DNA from: Eledone cirrhosa
Taxonomy: Eukaryota
Assembly (NCBI GenBank): GCA_964016885.1
Contig: OZ024743.1
Coordinates: forward strand, 308,574,001-308,638,000
Reading direction: 5' to 3'
DNA: 64,000 nt
Part shown: positions 52,935 to 64,000 of the stretch, one piece after another
Layout of the letters: every line of letters begins with the position of its first letter
Numbering within the stretch: position 1 is the stretch's first letter
Notes under the pieces: model-generated
Seen by the model: only the letters and a program-made list of their open reading frames with translations
Databases searched by the model: none
Told to the model about the DNA's origin: nothing
Made by a program: the position numbers and the translations under genes

Positions 52935-53270
52935 CATCATCATCATTTCATTTTACGTCCACTTTTTCCCTGCTTGCAAGAGTGGGACGGGAACTGATTC
53001 TGGCTTGATTTCTACAGCTGGATGCCCTTTCTAACACCAACCTCATTTACAGCGAGTGCTGGGTGCTTTTTTACCGTGGCACCTCCACGACCACTTTGCA
53101 GTGGAATGATATGGACCCCAGTCCCTATCATCTCATTTCTACAGCTGAGTAAACTGGAGCAATGTGAAATAAAGTGTCTTGCTCAAGGAAGCAACACATC
53201 ACCCGGTCTGAGAATTGAACCCGCAACCTTTCAATTGCAAGGCCAATGCTCTAACCACTAAGCCATGTGC
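52935..53270 (-). mobile_element. SINE family A, full-length, short-tail variant
   Basis: Reverse complement of the 796-1227 head and body; tail CCCACTCTTGCAAGCAGGGAAAAAGTGGACGTAAAATG. Confidence 0.85.
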
Positions 53271-56228
53271 ATCCATCTCTGATTAGAAATGTCTCAGTAT
53301 TTATTCTGACTCTCTGGGATCTGAGTTCAAATCCTGCCAATGTCACCTTTGCCTTTCATCACTTTGAGGTTGATAAAATACAAGTTTAGTACTAAGGTTG
53401 CTTCTGCCTCTACCTTTCTTTCTCCCCGCTCATTTTGTCTGTTTCTCTTGAAATAATCAACTGTTTCAACTCTTTCTCTCGCCATCTTTCTGTCTCTTTC
53501 TTCACACACACACACATATAATGGACTTCTACAGTATCCATCTCCCAAATTCCACTGACAAAACATTGGTTGATCCAAGGCTATATTGGACACTTGTCAA
53601 AGGTGCCATGCAATAGAACTGAACCCAGATCTATGTGATTGAGAACCAAACTCCTTAACCCCACAAACATAACAGCACCTATATATAAGTTACAGCTTTT
53701 TATGTACATTGTTGAAAAAAATTACATTATGATGTACAAGCTGTAGAAAACCTGCCAGAAACAGGTCTGTACGAGCGAGACACGTCTCCCGACCAATCTT
53801 GCTTCTAGTGGGACAAAACTGTCCAACCCATGCTAGCGTGGAAGATGGACATTAAACGATGATGATAATGAGTTCTATGATTTTAAAATAATCAAAAATG
53901 TGGAACGATTTAGTAATATAACTTTCTTATTAAACTGGTGTTTGGAGCATAACTTATGATGGAGGAATTTTAAATAAATATAACAACCCTTTAAAATCAA
54001 GCAGTTTCATACTGTGGAACAAGGGTCATTTTAATGCAGTTTTGTATGAAAAGGATTAAAAATAGTGCAAGTGATTGAATTGATAGTATATAAATACATT
54101 ACAGTATTCAACTTGGTTCTCAATTCTGAGCAAAAGGCCTTAAGCCGCTTGTTGTTGTAGTGTCCTTTACAGATTTATGTCACCACTAAATTTTAATATA
54201 TGCAAATAAATAGTGCATAGCTCAGAGATCAGGGAGTTGCTGCTGGTAGAACCATTACTTCTCTTAAATTGAAAGATCACCGCTCCGATATTACAGACAT
54301 GTTTGAATGTCTCAAGGTCGCTGGACAGATTTTACAGCAGGAAACCCATGGGTAAACTCTGAGCAAGGTGGCTGGATTACATCCATAAGCTCAGTTGTTC
54401 TCACTTGGGGATCCAGTCAGATCAATTAGAGGCAGTTGCTTTTAATACAAGCAAACAAATAGAATGCTTAGCTCGGAAATCAGAGTCACTGCAAGTAGAA
54501 CCACTACTTCTCCAAAAGAGTGTTTGAGGACTTTGCTTCTATGACCCCTTACAAAGAATAAGTGGGCGAAGAAAAAAAAAAAAAATAGTAGTAAATTGGA
54601 AGAGATTTGGAAGCTATGTTGATGACTATTAGTTGAAATTAGAGTAAGTCATTTGGCACATATATAATTATAGATGCTAAAGTGTATGCTAGGTTTCTCT
54701 AGTAAAAGTTCATTAATTGATTATATAGCTCTGTTGCAAATATTTCCTCTTTATTGTACTCCTGTGTCAGCTTTATAGACATTTATTCTTAAATCATTTC
54801 ATATATTTACATCATCATCATCATTATTTAATGTCCATTTTTCATGATAGCATGGGTTAGACGAGTTGTCCCGGTGTGAAGCAAGACAGATCAGATGACC
54901 ATGTCTTGATCATACAGAACTGTTTCTGGCTGGATGCACTTCCTAACGCCAACCACATTTACAGTGTTGACTGGGTGCTTTTTATCCCAGAGCCAAAACT
55001 TTGAACTGATTGGTTGGATTGGGTATTTTTTCATTGTGTCACCAGAACAACCATCTTACAGAGTTAACTGGGTGCTTTTTGTTGTGTCACCAACACAACC
55101 ACCTTTTTTTTCTAATTTCATGTTAGCTTTCTTAATTAAAACAAGCTCTGGCAGGATTTCAGCTTGTGGAGTGTAACTTAACTGTTAAGTCGAACATTTA
55201 TTCAATTTGACAATCCACATCTGATTCATGTTTTTGATTCTCCCAAACTTATTTAATGAATGATTATTTTAGGAAAGTTGGTACAATGCTAATTAGAGCT
55301 ACAAGAGTGAAAATGAAAATCTGTCTGTAGCCCAGAGGCTCATCAAGCCAGTGCATATCCCGGTTTCTGTGGCATTAAGTAACTGAGAGTAAAAGACTCC
55401 CAACTGGACAGGACGGCAATCTCTCACAGGGTTAAAGTCTGTCTCGAGCCTGGAGGTTGATCAGGCCAGTACTTATTCTGGTTTCTGTGGCATGAAGTGA
55501 CTGAGTACAAGACTCCCACTGGACAGGATTAAACCTCTAGCTATGGCTGGTTCTCATTTTCAGCTGAATATACTGGAGCTGCATGAAATAATGTTTTGTC
55601 CAAGAACATGACACACAACCCAGTCAAGGAATTGAACCCATGATATGATTGTAAGTCCAACACACTTATCACTAGAGTAGAGTAAAAAGTAAGAAAAACA
55701 AAATAACAATAGTTTACACTTTGATTTTATAAGTATAAAAGAAAGGAAATGGAGTAGTGTGTTAGCCCATGAACATCAATTTACTGTGTAGATATTGGAT
55801 TGGGGTTGGATGGGTGATATGTTCAGATTGGATTAGTCACAATTGTCAATTGGCTTCATACATTCCATTCCTGCTGTTTATGACCATAGCTTCTTTGATA
55901 TGTAAATTTCAAATGTTTTCTTTTCTGTGATCTCAGTGGTAAATTTAATATCTTGGGTGTGACATTTCTGAAAATGCTTTTGAACAGAAGTGCTCATGTG
56001 GATGTGTTCTTATGTCAACATAGAATAAACAAACATTAAATGATGATAATGATGTTTATATTTTAAAATCTTTCATCACAATTTTATGTAAGAATCTTTA
56101 AGTTATGTTCCAATCATCGGCGTAATAATGAAAATGTTATATTACTTTGATAGTTTGTAAAAAATTATTTGAATATCTTAAGCATCATCTATTATTAGAA
56201 ATATGGTAACAAAATATTTAAAGCTATG

Positions 56229-56547
56229 AAAGATTAAGATGACTTAAGCAAGAACAAAACAACAGATATTTAGTCCTTGATCTTTCCTAAAGTATCAATT
56301 ATAGTAATTCTGCTTTTGACACTAAATATGCCACTGTCCTTAAATAATATCTGTTAACATCTGCAAAGATGTTAACAGATTGGTTCTTAAATATGCCATC
56401 GTCCTTGACAATATGTTAACATTTACAAAGATACTGGGTTTCTAGGTGTCAATATAGTCATTTTACTTTTCACACCAAATATATCAGAATACTTGAAAAT
56501 ATGTCAATGTTTACAAAGACACTGGGTTCTTAGGTTTTTGTTACATT
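56229..56547 (+). repeat. ~320-bp segment present in inverted orientation at 60386-60706
   Basis: For example ACAAAGACACTGGGTTCTTAGGTTTTTGTTACATT versus AATGTAACAAAAACCTAAGAACCCAGTGTCTTTGT. Confidence 0.92.
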
Positions 56548-56699
56548 TTTGTTACATATTTTTAATGCCTTTGTTTAGATGTATTTCTTAATAAAACTGT
56601 GCATATATATCTAGAAAGCTTCCATTGTTGTTATATGTTAAGAATCTTTGTTAAATTATGTTCTGACTTAAGAAGTTATATTATTAATTCCTACCAGAG

Positions 56700-56955
56700 C
56701 GGTGGATTGGCAGTATCGGTGGAGGGTCGGACGCCATGCTTTCCAGCATAGTTATGTCCCTTTATGATCTGAGTTCAAATTCCGCCGAGGTTGACTTTGC
56801 CTTTCATCCTTACGGGGTCGATAAAATAAAGTACCAGTAATGCACTGGGTAATTGCTGGCCTTGTGCCTAAAGTAGAAACAATTATTAATTCCTACCAGT
56901 AATGCACTGGGTAATTGCTTGCCTTGTGCCTAAAGTAGAAACAATTATTAATTCC
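56700..56955 (+). mobile_element. SINE family B with tandemly duplicated 3' end
   Basis: Full unit followed by a repeat of TACCAGTAATGCACTGGG...AATTATTAATTCC (period 62). Confidence 0.88.
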
Positions 56956-57375
56956 TTCCAAATTCTTCATTGTTTTAAAAATGATTTGAAAATCATAAAC
57001 TGTCTCTAGAAATATGTTGACGAAAGGGTTAAGAATCTTTTTGTGTTGTCCCCATTTTGATCCTGATATCTCTACTTTGGTTATATAATCTGTTTGAGAT
57101 GGCTATTGTAGAGAGAGGGAGGGGGGGGGAGAAGATGGAGGAAGGTGACCGAAACCTTTGAAAATAGATAATCCACATGTGGTTAACATGTATTCACTGA
57201 AATCATCATCACCATTGCATTATCTCTTAGATATTCAGTCATCCAGTTATATAGGTGAGGACATTTTAAAGGTTAGTTTACCACTATGGAGTGTCTTCTT
57301 AACATGAGTCGGGTTGCCTGAGATTTGAGGAATCTTTGTCAGTTTATTTTACTATGCCAACATTTGGCATGCCCA

Positions 57376-57454
57376 TACACACGCACACAGCTACAGACAC
57401 ACACACACACCCATGCATAGCTACAGACACGCACATACACCCATGCACAGATAG

Positions 57455-57486
<32 letters not shown>

Positions 57487-57617
57487 CCATGCACAGCTAC
57501 AGACGCACACATACACCCGTGCATAGCTAGACACACACCCATTCACAGCTACACACACACACACACACACACACATACACACCATTACTAACACACATCC
57601 ACAATCACACATACACA
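57376..57617. repeat. CA-rich compound mini/microsatellite
   Basis: Repeats of GCA(C/T)AGCTACAGAC(AC)nCCAT. Confidence 0.85.
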
Positions 57618-60385
57618 TGGCCTACTGGTTAGAGTGAAGAACTCACAACCACAAGGTTGTGTGTTTAATTTCTGGACTGGGTGACATGTATTCTTGAGGA
57701 AGATGCTTCATTTGAAGTGGCTTTTCATGATAGGACCTAGGGTCCTCATCTTTAAAACACCAACAAAACACACTCCTATGAATCACAACCTTATAGGATG
57801 ACTGATAAATCTGCAAAGGTATCATCTGTGAAATCCATTTAATTTTCATTCTTTTATATTCAAGAGATTTGCGACAGTTATAAAAAGGTATTTACAGTAG
57901 TTTATATTTTTATGGCTGTTATATGTATTTAAAAAAAACCTTTAATAGACATTGAAATGAATGTTAACTATTTTGGTACCAAACTACTTGTAACCACTCC
58001 TGCTTTTATGATAAGCCATTTATTCTAAAGTGTTCATATTTAGATTTAAATTTTCTGTCATAATTTTATGAGAATTTTTAAAACTTATCCAAATATCATC
58101 ATTTTTATGCCTGCTTTTCTACACTTGCATGGGTTGGACTGGTCATCTTCAGCATGGTATCTCTCCTCTCACCATGTTCCTTCACCATCACCTCTGTGAG
58201 TTTCAGTGATTTGAGATCAGCTCTCACCTCCTCTACCCAGGTTTTTTTTTATCTACCTCTACTGCGGCTTCCCTGCACTAGGATTTCCTGGAACTTCTTC
58301 ATCCAGTGCCAGTGATCATCATCCATACGGAGAATGTTATATTACAAAATCCTTCCAAATTTTTGATTATTTTCAAAAGTAATATAAAATCAAAGGCAGT
58401 GTTATTTTATTAGAAATTACCATTGAACATCTATTTTGATGGGTCATCATGGGATAGATGTGTTATCAAAGACCAAATTAGTATTTCATCAGAGTTACTG
58501 ACCTCTCAGAGGGACTAGGGACCCAAATCTTTCTTATTTATGGTCCTGTTTTGGCAAGGTCTTCATTCCTCTTTGCTTTTCCTATCACTAATCACTTTAT
58601 AGGGTATACTGGATGCATTTTATTGTGGCACTAGTACTAGGAAAGTTGTCTCCTCCTTTTTGCATAGTCCTTTCAACCTTTTGTTTGGCATGGTTTCTAC
58701 AACTGAATGCCTTTAACACCAACTAATTTACAGTGTGTACAAGGTGCATTTATCATGAAACCAGCACTTGGTAGTTTATAGAAATATAGTAAGGAAAAGG
58801 TTAACATTAGATTGGGTTGGAATTTGCCTGAGATTTGAAGAATCTTGGAAGTAGGATCCTAGATTTTTGATACTTTTTCCTATGCCAATATTTGACTCAC
58901 TCTCTCTCTCGCTCTCTCTCTCTCACTTTATGGCTGTTATCTATATTTAAAAAGTCTTTAATAGCCTTTCAAGTTAATATTAATCCTGGAATATTATAAG
59001 ACATAGTCATGGCTGTGTGTGGGAGTCAAATCTATCCATATGTAAGATCTTTCAAACAGCTGTTATTTTATGTCCTCTCTGAAAAAGATATTTGTAAATC
59101 TGGCTGCAGATTGGCTTGTTTTTAGTGACCTAGTGGATAGTGTTGGGTTCAAGATTGATGGTAAGGTTATGTGTTTGATTCCTGGACTGGTGAGTGTGTT
59201 GTGTTCTTGAGCAAGATGCTTCATTTCATGTTAGGACTGGTGTCATTAACACCCAATAAACCACCTATGAAGGGCAACCTTATAGGAGGTCAGTTAAACC
59301 TACATAGGTGTGAGCTGTAACAACTTGATAGGACTGGGGTCCCTATCATTAAAACAACCAAGAAACCACCTTGTAGGAGGCCAGCTAAACCTTCATAGGT
59401 GTGAGCTGTAGATTTCCAACAGCTGTTATGTCTGTCTTTTATGAAAAAGAAAGAAAATTCATCAAGTTGTATGTAGATTGGCCTCATTTTATATAATGCA
59501 GAAAACACACATAGTAGTGTGATAGTGATCATCAAGTATTGTGTGTGTACTTTCCACACTGGAATGGGTTGGATAGGTTGTCACAGTTTAAAAATTAGAT
59601 GGGTTGGAGAGACCGCAACTTGCTCATACATTCTATGTTTAGCATGGTTTTTATGACTGGATGCCTTTCCTAATGCCAACAACTTTGTAGAGTATACCAG
59701 GTGCATTTTACGATGGCACCAAAACTAGAGCAGTTGTCATCTTGATTTTCACAGGACAAGGTACTGGTATGTTCCATAATGACACGGGGAGTTTTCTCAT
59801 ACACTACAGGCTAAAGGGACTTTTCCATCTCTACAGTCTCCAATCTTACCCATGTTTACTTTCAGTGTCATAGTTGTTGTCCTGGTCGACAGATCTTTTG
59901 TATTTTGGGCACAGAAATAAAAATCACAGGAAAAGTCACACATGTTTGGCTAAGAATAAAGTTACAAGGAAAAAAACGAATCTGTAAGTTTCTTTCAATG
60001 GAACATTCTAGATTTGTTTTATTTAGAGGGAATTTGTAATATAGCATTCTTATTGGCAGTATCAGTAGAGCGTCAGACACCATGCTTTTTAGCATAGATT
60101 AATGGCCTTTTACATTCTGAGTTCAATCCCACCAAGGTTAGCTTTGCCTTTCATCCTAAGGGGTTGATAAAATAGAGTACCAGTAATGCACTGAGGTTGA
60201 TTTAATCAACTTTCCACTCCACCAAAATTTCTGACTTTGTGTCCAAATCAGAAAACCTTAAGTCAGAACATGATTTAACAAAGGTTCTTACATTTAATAA
60301 TGATGAAAGCATTTTAGATAAATAAACTCAGTTTTATTTCAGAAATAAGACCAACAAATACATTAAAGATATGTTCCATTAGGTG

Positions 60386-60706
60386 AATGTAACAAAAACC
60401 TAAGAACCCAGTGTCTTTGTAAACATTGACATATTTTCAAGTATTCTGATATATTTGGTGTGAAAAGTAAAATGACTATCGTTGACACCTAGAAACCCAG
60501 TATCTTTGTAAATGTTAACATATTGTTGAGGACGATGACATATTTAAGAACCAATCTGTTAACATCTTTGCAGATGTTAACAGATATTTTTAAGGACGGT
60601 TACATATTTAGTGTCAAAAGCAGAATGACTATGATTGATACTTAAGGAAAAAAATCAAGGACTAAATATCTGTTGCTTTGTTCTTGTTGAAGTCAGCTTA
60701 ATCTTT
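60386..60706 (-). repeat. Inverted copy of 56229-56547
   Basis: Colinear reverse complement with scattered substitutions and small indels. Confidence 0.92.
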
Positions 60707-62342
60707 TATTGAAGTTCATGTTGACTGTATCCACTGAGATGACAGCAGAAGTATACCATTTATAGTTTGAATTGATATTGCTGTTCTTGTTTAGTTCCAG
60801 GTCAATTTTAATGGAACGGACCTGTGGTCTAAGGTGTTCCAGTTGTCTATCCTGCTTTATAGGGTTACAATATCAAACATATCTTTCCTTATCTAACCAT
60901 TTCACTACCACATTCCCAATGAAAGACATTTTGAAAATAACCAAGAAATGGGCGTGATTTAGCAATATAACTGGCTTTCTCATTATTAATCTGATTTTCT
61001 TGCATAAAATTATGATGCAAGATTTTGTCAATGACTGACAGCGTCTCTAGTACTAGTTCCACAATAAAATGCACAGTGAACTCAATAGGTTGTGAGAGCT
61101 GAGGCTCTAAATAAATACTGGCTTGTTTTGTGATAACCCATCCAAACTTTGCTAGCAGGGAGAATGGGCATTAGATGATGATGATGATGGTAACTATTTT
61201 AAAATAGACAACTTTGTATCACTGAACCAAGTCTGGTTTCAGATGGTTTGGTAATAAAAGTTAAGTTAGTATAGTGTAATTTGAGGAATATTTAGCTACT
61301 ATATCTAGCAGCTTCAGTGACCAGATAATTTTCCTTGTAAAACTCATGTTCATGTTAACTCTTAGCATTTAAACTGGCCATATCCGGCCAGAATTCTCTC
61401 ACCTCTTTTTGTTTAAACTGGTTGTAACTGGCCACTCATACTGATGTTAAGTCAAAATAAATAATACAAAAATCTCGTAGATTCAATATTATGTGAGGTA
61501 ATTATGTGAGGTAAAGCCTTTACCACAAAAATAAAATAGTAAATATAGAATAATGTAAATGTTAAAATGTTAATGGTTGTTACTTACCTGTGGTGTTTGA
61601 TATTTACTTTTAGCTTTAGTTTTTTGCTGATCCGTTTCTACTCCCCCTTTCGGAATGCTCTTTTCATTTTTCTTTTTAAATCAAGATCTCATTAATCTTC
61701 CTTTTCATAATCTTATCAAGGTCTGATAGTGTAGTTGCTCACACATTCTGTCTTTAGAGAATGACATACAGTACTGCTTCTCCAAATATCCATATGCCTC
61801 TTTACCGATATCTAGGACATATTGTTCTACATAACAAAATGCAAACACCACATTGTTGGGCTTCAGGACATGTTTAGACAATACCTATCTCTGCTAAACA
61901 TTAGCAAGGAACTAAAGTATCCTCATCATCCAACATGGTAATGTTTCAGCTTTTAAACATCATACTAGCCGCTGCTTTTTAAAAAATACCTTAATGACTG
62001 ACATTGTTATACTGTATTGTTATTATTTGTGTACGTGTGAGAGAGATCTGTATTTACTATGCATGTTTATGTGATCTCTGTCTGTCTGTCTGTGTGTGTG
62101 TGTTTACTACACAATGTTTTGGTTACAGCTCCATGTCAATAGCAGAGGTTAATTCAATATCGACCCACAAGGAATTTACTATCTGCTACCTATGGTTATA
62201 ATACAGGTCAGTGACAAGGATTAAAGACATGATCTGCTTCAGTAATTCGCTATCTAAACTATAATAAAGTAAGGAGTGCGGGACTGCGTATGGTTTATAA
62301 TTTTTTTATCCCATTAGTAAAATAAGTTGGATTACTTTGAAT

Positions 62343-62522
62343 AAATAATTGTTTCTACTTCTGGCACAAGGCCAGCAATTATCCCAGTGTATTACTGGTA
62401 CTTTATTTTATCGACCCCGTAAGGATGAAAGGCAAAGTTAACCGTGGCGGGATTTGAACTCAGACCATAAAGGACTTTGCTGCAAAGCATGGCGTCCAAC
62501 CCTCTACCGATACTGCCAATCC
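62343..62522 (-). mobile_element. SINE family B
   Basis: Reverse complement of the family B unit; head ends ...GATACTGCCAATCC. Confidence 0.85.
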
Positions 62523-62691
62523 ATCTTTAAATAAACAATAAAATATATTTAATCAACAGCTACAAAATTTAGTAGATAAATTATGTAATATTCGTTCATT
62601 ACTTTGAATAAATAATGAATGAATATTACATAATTTATCTACTAAATTTCGTAGCCGTTGATTAAATATATTTTATTGTTTATTTAAAGAT
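62523..62691. repeat. Near-perfect palindrome, 79-bp arms, 11-nt loop
   Basis: ATCTTTAAATAAACAATAAAATATATTTAATCAAC...GTTGATTAAATATATTTTATTGTTTATTTAAAGAT, with three differences between the arms. Confidence 0.93.
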
Positions 62692-62958
62692 TCACTTCTT
62701 TAAAATTTTCAAGTGTCAACACTTCCGGTTAGCGACTGCTTAAATATACATTCATATATTTCCGTCACTAATTTTCTCCTAATGCAGTTTATATATAATA
62801 TCGTGTTTTTTTTAATGTATCATGGATTACGTTACTGATTACATAAGACAGTGTAATGCAGTCTTCATTCAATTTCTGTGGATATTGTCAATTACGATTT
62901 TATTTGATGTATCATATCTACATGCTTGCATATAATATCAATATGCACACTACACATG

Positions 62959-62996
62959 CTAGCAGAAAACCACCCGATGGGTGGTTTTTCTGCTAG
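62959..62996. other. Short stem-loop ending CTAG|T (possible Helitron-type 3' terminus)
   Basis: CTAGCAGAAAACCACCC-GAT-GGGTGGTTTTTCTGCTAG followed by T. Confidence 0.4.
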
Positions 62997-63689
62997 TCCC
63001 AATAAATCCATCTACACTGCTTTCGACATCTCTATTTTCAAATAAACTCTGGTCCTTTGTATGTTTTACATATAATTTAGAGCATTCATAGCATTTCTTT
63101 TTCCATATATTTGATTATTAAATCCAATAAAATGTGAAAAAAAAAAATAGTAGGTAGAAGTGGAAAAAAAATATTTCAGTAAATCCATTCAAATTCTACA
63201 TGAATGAATTCATATACAGTGTATATTATTAGAAATCTAGTTATGAAAGGGTTAAAAAATTATGAAAATAGAAAAAAAAAAGAAAAGGATGGAGAGGATG
63301 CTTCAATCATGCCATGGTATGGCAACCTCATTAGTATTGATGATCTACATGATAAACACACCCAGTACACATTGTAAAGTGGTTGGTGTTAGATAAGAGA
63401 TCCAACTGTAGAAATCTTGCTAAAGGGTTGGAAAGACCCTCAGTCATGTCAAGAACATGAGAATCTGTAAGTGAAATAACTGACCCCTAGCCTGTCTCAA
63501 TACTGAGTTGGTCTATGTAGACCTGTTCAAGTTGTTTTTTGTTAAAAACATAACATACACATGTATTATTGGGTATCAATTCTTTTCTAAATATAAATAT
63601 TTCCCCTCTGATTGTTTTTCTCATTTTCTACTGTGGTTATCACTGAATCACCCACCCCCAAGTGGCGTGTGTGTGTGCGCATACTATAC

Positions 63690-63725
63690 CAGTGGTTCCC
63701 AACTTTTCATTACCAAAGAACCCTA
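63690..63725 (+). mobile_element. Probable left end of an hAT (Charlie-like) MITE
   Basis: CAGTGGTTCCCAAC terminus; matching right end not seen in the window. Confidence 0.4.
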
Positions 63726-64000
63726 TTATTTAAATGAATTTCCCTCAGATTCCTTGCTACAATAACTCTTCTCTTAGTTAAATTACTATATTCCCTAAGA
63801 ATATATTTGGTCATTTACTCTTGGTCTCAAATTATCTCTTTCCCCACCCCTATTGATTTCTCAGATTTTTTCAAACCCCTGCTTATTAAATTTTGCTATT
63901 CTATCTCTGGTGAAATTTTATTTTAAGTGGTAGCATTCCTACAACAATCAATTTTTTTTATACATTAAAAAAAAAACAACCTATTTCACATGACAAAAAA

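Overview
AT-rich, repeat-dense animal genomic DNA. The tRNA-derived SINEs, RTE/CR1 LINEs and abundant (TA)/(TG)/(CAT) microsatellites suggest a coleoid cephalopod such as Octopus (inference). Only one host coding exon is recognisable: 30564-31166 (+), a Ser/Thr-rich N-terminus running into the start of an SH3 domain (VKAMHNFKGSNNDE|gtaagt) of PIX/ARHGEF7 type. No downstream exon was found, so the remaining ~33 kb is probably one intron. The rest is transposon-derived: a three-level nest (TTAA MITE > CR1 > RTE), a second CR1, a deletion-riddled DD37D/maT-like element, a ~1 kb GG-terminated foldback element with an 8-bp TSD, a 68-bp mini-MITE, two SINE families, several minisatellites and several long inverted repeats. 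I see no multi-gene novel system. The most unusual signals are a minisatellite of tRNA-Phe 5' halves ending in a tRNA-Phe pseudogene, a SINE insertion carrying an inverted copy of its own flank, a PHD finger inside the RTE ORF2, an LD-like helix at the PIX N-terminus, and many potential intronic dsRNA structures. All alignments were done by eye; boundaries of degenerate elements are approximate.
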